Source: an uncultured virus (IMG/VR IMGVR_UViG_3300020049_012467)
Taxonomy: Duplodnaviria; Heunggongvirae; Uroviricota; Caudoviricetes
Virus record (IMG/VR): IMGVR_UViG_3300020049_012467
Length of the DNA stretch: 64,000 bases
Strand: one strand, 5' to 3'
Shown: piece after piece, positions 37,969 through 46,600 of the stretch
Numbering within the stretch: position 1 is the first letter of the stretch
Layout: every line of letters begins with the position of its first letter
Position numbers and translations under genes: made by a program
Notes under the pieces: generated by a model
The model's database searches: none
Seen by the model: the letters and a program-made list of their open reading frames with translations, nothing else
What the model was told of the DNA's origin: nothing

Positions 37969-39114
37969 TCAATCCATCAGGATTGTAAAGCTGCGGTGCA
38001 AATAATCTTCCTGCTTTTGCTGCATGAACAGCACGTTTTCGGCAATCCACATGCGTATTTTACCAGAGTGGCGCGTCATGCAGTCGTACAGAAGCTTGGG
38101 ATCAACCGTGAGTTCGCTATTCCACGACTTGTCCGGTTTTTTTACTTCGCATTTGATGGACGCATCGGCGGACGAAGTGGCGGAAGCAAAGCTCAGGTTG
38201 ATTACGTCGCCTGCCAGCTTCATGGAAAACTGCGCAGAGTCATCCTCGCCGCCGCGCGTCATGATGGCGAGGGCTTCGCGCATTTCGTCGGCGTCAAACA
38301 AAATGCGCTTGTCGCCAGTAGTGCCCATCAGGTTTTTTATTTCCTCGGGCGATGGCGAAGCAGACGGATCGAACACTGGCATCCAGAACTTGCGCAGCGG
38401 CTTTGTCTTGGAGCGCATCTGCAAGCGGCCTTGATCCAGCACGCAAATGAATTCCTCATCCGAGTCCAGCATTGGCCGGAACGCTTCGGCGTTCGTCGTC
38501 AGCACAATATTTTCTTCTTCGGCGCCGGGCTTGTAGATGATTGAGCCGTGGTACTGGTCGTTCGCCATGAAGAACGCAGAGCCTTCGACCACGCCGTAGG
38601 TGGCCGCGACCGGCTTGTTGGTGAAGTGCGGCTTGAGCCCGGCAATCAGGCTGGCGTACTTGCCGAACCGGCCGACGCGAATTATTTGCTTCTCGCCGTC
38701 TTCGTTCTCGCGGTCCAGCATTGACGCCGGATGATCCAGCAGGCGCGTTGTCGAAGACTTTGCGCCCGACTCCATGCTGGCCTCGCCGCCAAGCACCAGC
38801 AGGCGAATCTTGTTCTTGCCAGACGCGCGCAGGAACGACAGCAACCAGTCTTCCGGAACGCAGATGGAAAATTTCCTGCCACGCTCAACAGTAAAGTTGT
38901 CGGACGCAACTTCAATCTCGGACGCCGCTCCGGTCGACTCTTGCTCGATGCGGATGAACGTGCGCTTCTTTCCCGCGACAAGGGACAGCACCATTGGGCC
39001 AGTCTTGGAGCCAAGGTATTTTTTCGCTTCCTGCACAGCCTTGGGGAACACATCAGTCGTGAACAGTACGGCGCTGTCGGCTTTGGCGTGATCGATTTTC
39101 ACGGCTAACCCCAA
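37969..39114 (-). CDS. DNA sliding clamp, beta-subunit (DnaN)-like
   Basis: 381 aa, the size of a beta clamp. MANDQYH resembles ATDxHR; also FDADEMREAL, and VDPKLLYDCM resembles FNPKYLLDAL. Close to the polymerase. Confidence 0.65.
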   Translation of the reverse strand: MGLAVKIDHAKADSAVLFTTDVFPKAVQEAKKYLGSKTGPMVLSLVAGKKRTFIRIEQESTGAASEIEVASDNFTVERGRKFSICVPEDWLLSFLRASGKNKIRLLVLGGEASMESGAKSSTTRLLDHPASMLDRENEDGEKQIIRVGRFGKYASLIAGLKPHFTNKPVAATYGVVEGSAFFMANDQYHGSIIYKPGAEEENIVLTTNAEAFRPMLDSDEEFICVLDQGRLQMRSKTKPLRKFWMPVFDPSASPSPEEIKNLMGTTGDKRILFDADEMREALAIMTRGGEDDSAQFSMKLAGDVINLSFASATSSADASIKCEVKKPDKSWNSELTVDPKLLYDCMTRHSGKIRMWIAENVLFMQQKQEDYLHRSFTILMD

Positions 39115-39297
39115 ATCAGAGTGCGGAAGAACATGATGCAGGCAATGACGCAGGAAAGCAGAAGGATGACGCCGTCATCCATTTCCTTGCCACGCGGATA
39201 GTACACTCGGCGCGTGCAGTAAAAAAATACAAACGACATGGCGAACGAGATAAGGACAACCAGCCATGCCCACAGCAGCCGATACACGAAATCCACG

Positions 39298-39723
39298 TCA
39301 GTCTTCCCCATACTTGGTTCGAACATGCAGCCAAGCCGGATCGTAGTCCGGACCGCTGACATTTAGCCCAATGGGGTCGCGCGGCTGCGATGGGTAGTTT
39401 TTGTTGGCGACGCTCATTTTTTGCACGCGGAAGTCGATGGGCAGTCCCGTCATGAAGCGAAGCAGTTCAGACGACGACGCGTTGAACCACTTGGAGAACG
39501 CTGCAATGTCTGTGTTGCCGCTCTTGCCGAACAGCGAGTCATATTTTGCGTCATCCATGATAATGACGATATCAATGTCGTTGAAGTTCGGGCGTTCCAG
39601 CACCGATCCGACAAAGTAGGCAGAGTGTTCGTTGAGCGCTTCCAGAAGCGGCGCCAACGCAATGGAGACGCGGCCAATGTGCGGCTGACGCAAATAATTG
39701 AAACGCTTCTTCTCGTCCGACAT
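39298..39723 (-). CDS. Minimal nucleotidyltransferase (Pol-beta superfamily)
   Basis: YFVGS...NDIDIV...PIDF gives the GS, DxD and third Asp residues. Confidence 0.75.
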   Translation of the reverse strand: MSDEKKRFNYLRQPHIGRVSIALAPLLEALNEHSAYFVGSVLERPNFNDIDIVIIMDDAKYDSLFGKSGNTDIAAFSKWFNASSSELLRFMTGLPIDFRVQKMSVANKNYPSQPRDPIGLNVSGPDYDPAWLHVRTKYGED

Positions 39724-39724
39724 G

Positions 39725-39910
39725 TCAGTCCTCCGTTCCCAGCAGTCTTGCAGTTTCCAGCGACACGTTTAGTTGCTGCACTGGCACGCCACTCTCTTTC
39801 AGGTTGTCGCGAAGAGAGTTCATGACGCTCGCCAAGATTTCCTGAATCTTGTCTCCGTCGCCCGGCCCAATGACAATCGTCAGGGTTCCAATTTTTTCCT
39901 TACTTGCCAT
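39725..39910 (-). CDS. Small hypothetical protein
   Basis: 61-aa ORF in a coupled run. Confidence 0.5.
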   Translation of the reverse strand: MASKEKIGTLTIVIGPGDGDKIQEILASVMNSLRDNLKESGVPVQQLNVSLETARLLGTED

Positions 39911-40115
39911 CGGCTTCTTCCTTGTTCAACGCATCAAGCTCTGCGCCAAAGACGCCGCCAGTGGCAGCGCCAAACACCGCAGACGCAATCGCAATCCCGA
40001 GCCACGGAACGGCTGACGGGTCCACGGCGCTAAGGATCAGCCCGGAACCTACGAACATTGCCGTTCCAAATACGACGGACATTGCTACGCGCGGCCTGCG
40101 CTTGAATATTTTCAT
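39900..40115 (-). CDS. Small two-TM membrane protein
   Basis: Two hydrophobic segments; ATGA overlap with the polymerase gene. Confidence 0.55.
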   Translation of the reverse strand: MKIFKRRPRVAMSVVFGTAMFVGSGLILSAVDPSAVPWLGIAIASAVFGAATGGVFGAELDALNKEEADGK

Positions 40116-43069
40116 ATCATGAGTTCCTTTACGATTGAGTGAGTGAGGTTCATGCGTGTTGACGGATACACATCAGCTTTCAGGTCGGCGCGCACTTCCG
40201 ACATGCGCAGCTTGGACATGATGGCGAGGTTGTGGTTGAATTTTTTCATTTCGTCTTTGGACACGTCGCGCTTCAGTTCGTCTTGCAGGTACTTTGTGGT
40301 CGACTCGACAATGCCGGGCAGCGTATCCCAGCGCTGATCCCATTTGCTCGTCGCCGCCAGCGAGCCGCCAATCTCGAATTCGCAGTCCAGATCGACCGCA
40401 AGCTTCCATCCGAATATTTCTTCACACACGCGGGCTACCTGCGTCGTCAGGGCGTGTTCGGTGAGATAGAGGTTGATGGGCAGGTGTCCGATGGAGCTTT
40501 CGTTTTCCAGAGAGTCGTGGACTGCGTTGTTCTGCGTCGAAATGAGCGGCAAGTCCTTGGAGTAGAAATATTTCCACTTCATGCGCTGGTATTCGCGACC
40601 GGCGATAAAGCCCATCTGCGATGACGGCCCTTGGATGAGCGAGTTCGGGCCGCGCCGATCCATCGAGCCTTCCACGCCGCGATCCGGCACAAGGTGGCCC
40701 CACAGGTGGCGATGGAAACCGAACGGACTTTCGATGATGAAATTTTTCCGGCCTTCCATCTTGGTGTCTTCAAGCCACTTGCCGCCGACCGGGAACATTG
40801 TGAACAGCTTGTCGATGAGTTCCTGCGCGTCTTCTTCCGTCTTGCCAAGATCGAGCGACAGAGAGAATGGACCCTTGCCGTAGATGACGCCGAAAATAAC
40901 CACCTTGATCGACTGGCGCAGCGGGTGTTCCTTGTCCACCCACTGATCGTAGAACAGCTTGACGTTCTGAATGTGAATGTCGCCGCGCTTCTTCAGCAGT
41001 TCGACGACCTTTTCGAATTTGTCGCTCTCGCGATCCGTGAGAATGAACTTGCGCTTGAGCTTTAGCGCTTCCTTGAAGCGACCGCCAAGCACATCGTCGC
41101 CAGACACGTTGGCCCAATTGCGGACTTCGTGCGCGCTGAAGTCGACCTTGATGTAAATATTTCCCGGCGATGGGACAAAGATGCGCTTGACCAGCTTTGC
41201 CAGCGGTCCGCGCGCCGGAATGTTCTGAAGGTTCGGGTCGGATGATCCAGAGCGCCCGGTGATGATTTGCAGGTAGTTGTAGAACGAGCGAAGCCGTTGA
41301 TCCAGCTTCATGTCGTCTTCAGTCAGCAACCGCTTCCAGAACGGAACGAGGAAGGACGACTTTGTGGTGTTGGATTTTTTCAGTTGTCCAAACCACTCCA
41401 CTTCCGGAACGTAGAGCGGCTTCTTCGGGTCGCCGTAGGTGGAAATAAACACCTTGCCGACTTGCGCCTTGCCAGACTTGCCGTGCGCCAGCGGTTCAAT
41501 GTTCATCACGTCGAAGAACAGCATTTGCTGCGTGTCAGGCTTGGTAATGTCGAATTCCCAAGGCTTACCGCCGAACAGCGCCTTCTTCGGTGCGCCGCGT
41601 TTGCGGATCAGCTTCTTGTTGGTCCGACGCGCGTACTTGGACGTCTTGAATTTTTCCTGAAGCTCGTTGATCGCCAGTTGCAGACCACCGCCCGGCCGCA
41701 GCGCTTCAATCAGGTGCTTGCGATCAGTCAGGTGACCCGTCATTTCCATTTCGGAAAATATGTGGTTCATGGCCGACAGGACGACAGTGATGCAGCGCTT
41801 GAACTTGGATAGCTTCCAGCCTTCGTGCTTGGCGCGAGCAAACTGCACGTCGCGAATGCGGAACAGCACGATTGCATCAATGGCGGCGTAACGAACGAAT
41901 TTTTCCAACTCCATCGTCGCCAGACCGTTGCGGGAGTTCTTGTCCACGCCAGCGTTCTTGTACGGGTTCCAGCCATAGCGCATGCAGATATGATCAAGCT
42001 TGTACGCCGACACCTGCAAGTGCTTCATGTTGTGGTCGGAGAGGAACTTCAAATTTTCCTCAAGCGTGTACTCGCCGCCGGATACGTCGTAGACTTCGTG
42101 TCCGTAGAAGCGAAGCTCCAACTGCACCTTGAGTTGCGTCAGGTCGAACTTGGCGTTCTGGAACAGATGGTATTCCGATTTGCCTTGTTCGAAATATTTC
42201 TTGAGGCGTGCCTTGATCTTGCGCAGCTTTGGCTTGTTCCACTTGGCCGACGCGTGTTCGAACGGCAGCACCCAAGCCTTCTTGCCGTTCACTGCAAACT
42301 GGATTGTCAGCAGCTTGTTGGCGACGCGCGCAAGGTTCTTTGTCTCTGTGTCGATGGCGACGTGCGGCGAAGCTTCAATCACGTCCATCATGCGATTGAA
42401 TTTTTTCATTGTGTCGACGACTTCAATGTCGAAGTCGGACCGGTCGAGCGTAAAGATGTTCTTGTTGCGGATGGCGTACTCGAAATGCCGCGCCAGAATG
42501 CCAGACAGCGAAGCCTGAGCCTGAAGCTTCTTGCCTTCTTCCTTCTTTTTTTCCTCTGGCACGTCAGGGCAGAAATCCCACACGCCCATGGTGTATAGGA
42601 ACTTGATCTTGGGGTTCTTCTTGTACTTGCTCAGTCGCCCGAAATTGCCCGACAGTTCGTCCTTGTCCAGCATGAAACGCGCCACGTCGTTGCCCATGGC
42701 GATGATTACGTCAGGCTTGAATTTTTTGATGAACTGCTCAACGCGTCCAGTGAAGTCGGCTTCACACGCCTTGCGGCGCGCGTCGTCCATGTCCATCACC
42801 TTGAACTCGTGGAAGTTGATGAACGCGCATTCGGCAAGCTTGCCGTCAGACTTTTCGTCGGCGTACATCAGAATATTTTTCAGCGCCTTGCCTGCGAGGG
42901 ACTGGCGGAACAGAACGCCGTCGCGAAGGTCTTCGGATGGAATGCGATCCACCACGACAAGCACGCGCGTACCTTCATCGCGCAGCGTATAGACTGGCAA
43001 GTCAAGCTCGAAGCGAGCGCGACTCTTGGCAATCTTTGATTTGAGGGGGACGCGGAAGTATTCGAGCAT
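40112..43069 (-). CDS. polA: Family A DNA polymerase with N-terminal UDG-like domain and 3'-5' exonuclease
   Basis: Exonuclease motifs DTET, QNAKFD and YAAID. Polymerase motifs TGRSGSSDPNLQNIP, A (DFSAHEVR), B (RQSIKVVIFGVIYG), NSLIQG and C (VHDS). The N-terminal AGKALKNIL and KPDVIIAMG are UDG family 4-like. Confidence 0.93.
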   Translation of the reverse strand: MLEYFRVPLKSKIAKSRARFELDLPVYTLRDEGTRVLVVVDRIPSEDLRDGVLFRQSLAGKALKNILMYADEKSDGKLAECAFINFHEFKVMDMDDARRKACEADFTGRVEQFIKKFKPDVIIAMGNDVARFMLDKDELSGNFGRLSKYKKNPKIKFLYTMGVWDFCPDVPEEKKKEEGKKLQAQASLSGILARHFEYAIRNKNIFTLDRSDFDIEVVDTMKKFNRMMDVIEASPHVAIDTETKNLARVANKLLTIQFAVNGKKAWVLPFEHASAKWNKPKLRKIKARLKKYFEQGKSEYHLFQNAKFDLTQLKVQLELRFYGHEVYDVSGGEYTLEENLKFLSDHNMKHLQVSAYKLDHICMRYGWNPYKNAGVDKNSRNGLATMELEKFVRYAAIDAIVLFRIRDVQFARAKHEGWKLSKFKRCITVVLSAMNHIFSEMEMTGHLTDRKHLIEALRPGGGLQLAINELQEKFKTSKYARRTNKKLIRKRGAPKKALFGGKPWEFDITKPDTQQMLFFDVMNIEPLAHGKSGKAQVGKVFISTYGDPKKPLYVPEVEWFGQLKKSNTTKSSFLVPFWKRLLTEDDMKLDQRLRSFYNYLQIITGRSGSSDPNLQNIPARGPLAKLVKRIFVPSPGNIYIKVDFSAHEVRNWANVSGDDVLGGRFKEALKLKRKFILTDRESDKFEKVVELLKKRGDIHIQNVKLFYDQWVDKEHPLRQSIKVVIFGVIYGKGPFSLSLDLGKTEEDAQELIDKLFTMFPVGGKWLEDTKMEGRKNFIIESPFGFHRHLWGHLVPDRGVEGSMDRRGPNSLIQGPSSQMGFIAGREYQRMKWKYFYSKDLPLISTQNNAVHDSLENESSIGHLPINLYLTEHALTTQVARVCEEIFGWKLAVDLDCEFEIGGSLAATSKWDQRWDTLPGIVESTTKYLQDELKRDVSKDEMKKFNHNLAIMSKLRMSEVRADLKADVYPSTRMNLTHSIVKELMI

Positions 43070-43098
43070 GATACGTGTTTACCGGGCTCGCGGATACG

Positions 43099-43125
43099 AA
43101 AAACCGAGGGCGTGCCTGCCCTCGG
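43099..43125 (-). terminator. Rho-independent terminator
   Basis: CCGAGGGC/GCCCTCGG stem plus T5 on the minus strand. Confidence 0.7.
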
Positions 43126-43185
43126 CTTATCGCTCTTGTCTCATTGCGCACTGAGAGCAAGAATTTTTCTTTGTGTCTGTCGAAG

Positions 43186-43626
43186 TTAGACCGGCGGGTC
43201 TTCCGGCGGCGGCGCGGGCGGCGACGGCGGAGGTTCTTCAGAAGGCGGGGCCGGGGGCGACGGCGGCGGTTCTTCCGCAGGCGGCGTCACGACTGGTTCT
43301 TCACCGCCACCATTATTTTCTTCGGCTGGCGGGTCTTCTTGGAGTTCGGCGTCAACCATTTCGTCCTGAATGGCTTCCAGATCAGGCGCCACATAGTGTT
43401 CGAGAAGGCCAATGAGCCAATCCGGCGACATGAAGTTCGGCTGGATCAGCGAGTCGTTATCGTGACCTTCACGCTGGCAGAGCGCCTGAAACGCGTGCGT
43501 GGTCGGGGTGTCCAAGACGCCCATGTCGAAAGCTTCCACGTCGAGCAATTCGCGCTCAACGAGATAGAACTGCAATTTTTCGATGAACGCAACGTTGCGA
43601 TCAACGGGCTGGTTTTCGTTTGGCAT
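43186..43626 (-). CDS. Acidic protein with Pro-rich repeat tail
   Basis: EEPPPSPPAPP occurs twice; AGGAG RBS. Confidence 0.65.
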   Translation of the reverse strand: MPNENQPVDRNVAFIEKLQFYLVERELLDVEAFDMGVLDTPTTHAFQALCQREGHDNDSLIQPNFMSPDWLIGLLEHYVAPDLEAIQDEMVDAELQEDPPAEENNGGGEEPVVTPPAEEPPPSPPAPPSEEPPPSPPAPPPEDPPV

Positions 43627-43635
43627 TGTAGTCTC

Positions 43636-46600
43636 CTATCGCTTACTGCTCATGCGGCCAGTCTTGACGGACTTGACTGCTTTTGTGATTTTTTTCGATG
43701 TTGCCGACTTGCCTCCCATCTTGCCGGTAGGCTTGGACTTGGCGGAAGGTTTGGATTTGCCAGCGAGTTTGCTGGACGGCTTGGTCTTTCCAGCGCCTTT
43801 GGCGGGCGGTTTGGAAAGCTTGCCGACAGGCGGCAATTTTTTCTTCTTCTCTGCCGTCTTGACGACGCCGAGACGTTTCACTTCTTCCATCACGTCGTCA
43901 AAATCGTTCACGTCATAGTTGCGGTGATCCGCAATGACGCTGAGTTCCTGTTTGGCGATGGAAACACCAGAGACAAACTTGACAGCCCACGTGTCGGTGA
44001 GTTGCGGCGGTTTGACGGACGCACGTTTTTTCTTGATGCCGGAATACATCTTGACGAGTTCCTGCAACAGCGTCGGATGGTGTGAGTCGACGTCGAAGCA
44101 GAGATAGGCCGCACCGCCGAACGTGGCGAGCCACGGACGCACGGAGCGTTCTTCGCCCTTCTGATTTTTCGGCAAGTCCTTGTGCGAAATCTGGTAGAAG
44201 TTCTGGAACGCACGCATCGAGTTGGCAGCGCTGTCATCGACAATGAGCGTCTTTGACTTGGTACGCATCTGTTCGACGGTTTCGCGAATGTAGTCGAGAC
44301 GTTCCTTCTTGATGGAATATTTCTCCACCAAGCGGCCGTCTTTGCCAATCCAGTCTTCCAGCACCAGAAAGTTGGTGATGTGGATGCGGATGAAGTCAGG
44401 AACACGCGTCCAGCCACGTTTGCCGAAGTCGGAGAGGAAATAATCGCGCTGCGATCGATCCTTGGTTCCGTCCACATAAACGAGTGCGCGCGAGCCGTTG
44501 AGAACGAGCGGATAGATTGTCACGTCGCGCGGCTCGGACGGATCGTCCGGTTCTTCGTTGCGATCTTCCAGAACGTTCTCGTCGGTGTCCTCGTCTTCTT
44601 CCTGTTCGACGATGGGCTTGACCGGCTTGCCTTTGCGGATTGGAATATTTGAGTTCAGGTCGTACTTGGTCAGGTCCTTGAGCGGGATCAGCATGCCATC
44701 AGAGTCGATGGTCGGAGCGCCAGCGTCACCGAGGATGGTCAGCAGGCGTTCAAATTTTCTCATGTGCTCCGGGTCTTTGGGAACGAACGCGGCGCCTTTC
44801 GGAACAGCGACCATGCCGAGGCCCGGAATATCAACGCGCACCTTGTCGACAAACAGCGTGCGAACGCGGCCCGGCCCGTAAGCCGTCCACACTGGCGTAC
44901 CAGTGTCGACTTCGATGAGAGTTTTTTCCGAATTCAGACCTTCGCCACCTTCCTCGTCATCCTCGTTGCCGCTTTCGCGGTCGGATTGAGTGATGGATTG
45001 CAGACCCAGCCCAAGCGGATCGTAAATTTGCTGGCCGGTGACATACGGAGAGAAGGCGCGACGTGTGCCGGGCAGATCAGCGGAATGCTGAACCTTGATC
45101 ATGGCGAGACGTTTGACGTCTTCGTCCGTGATTTCGCGGTCCGGATATTTTTCCTGCAACTTGCGTTTGAGGGAGGCGCGAACCTTGCGGAACTGGTCCT
45201 GCTCCCACGCGATGTATGCTTTATACACGTCGAAATAAACCTGCAATTTGTCAGAGGTAAGTTCTGAGATAGCTTCCGGCGACATTTTGAAACCGCCGTC
45301 AGGCAGCGCCAGATTGCCACCCTCGCCAAAGCGGTGCGCCATTTCGCGACGCCATGCAGGGTCTTTAGCGTAGTCAAGCTGAGCCTTCGTGACAATTTTT
45401 GTCACCATGCGCGCAAACTTGGCGTAATCGACCGACGCCGTGTCTGCGTTGCTGGAAACACCCGCGACGATATCGATGTTGATAAATTCGCGGTCATCGC
45501 CTTTCGGACTCGGACGCGCAACACGAGCGCGAGCCTGTTCCATGCGGCCCGGCGACCAGATGGACTGAACTTCAATCAGGCGCGAAGCGATTTGCAGGTT
45601 GTGACCTTCCTGCATGCTCGCTTGGTCGGCCACCATGATTTTTATCTTGGGGTTGTTCTTGAATTCCTCAAGCGCCTGTTCCGACGACAGCAATTTTTCC
45701 CCGCGGTCTTTCGCAGTGGGCGACGGCGTGTAGCGAACAGCCATTGCACGGAACTGCGGAGACAGGTGTTTCATGATGTGTCGCGACAACGGCTTGTTGT
45801 ACGACAGGATCAGCACCTTGTTGCGCGGCGACTCGTCTTTCTTGATGCTCGAATACGGCGTGCCGTTGAAGTGCGCGTCGAGGATCTTGTTGATAATTTT
45901 TACTTTCGGAGACACAAGGTCTTCCGGCGCCGGTTTCGGCACAAGGTTGGGGAACGACTCCAACGCCTCCATGCCTTCGCCAAGTCCTGCGGCGTTCTTG
46001 GAGTCGTCTTCGTCGGGAGCGCCCATGAAAATTTCAAGGCGATAGAGAGTCGACTCCATCAGCGCTTCGACTTTGGCTTCGAAAGCCTCGTCTTCTTCGC
46101 CGTCTTCAGAGGGCTTGCCGCCGCGCTTCTTCAGCATTTCCTCTTTCTGCTTCTGGAACTCTGCCGACTGCATTTCCAGAAGCTTCTTGTAGAAGTCTTC
46201 CTGCCTCGGCGTCATTGGAGCAGGGTGAATATTTTCCTTGATGTACGGCATGATGAACGCCCATTCCTTGCGGCGCTGGGTCGTTCGTGCGTACTGGTCG
46301 TCGATCAGGTCAAAGATTTCGTTGGCGGTCGCGTCTCCATTCTTCAGCTTGAGGCCGTTCATGAAGCGCTTCTTGAAATAATCGTCATCGCCCAGCGAAC
46401 CAGTCGTGGACGTGATGCCGACAAGATCGCGCGCCTTGTCAGTGACGAGCGTGCCGCTCATCCAGCGGCGAATTTTTGCCGTGGCGAGAATGTTGTTGAC
46501 GGCTTGCGTGACACCAGACGTGACTTCCTTGATGTAGTGCGCTTCGTCCACTGCGACGTAATCGAAATCGCAGAGGCCAAGCATGTCGGCCATCGGGAAT

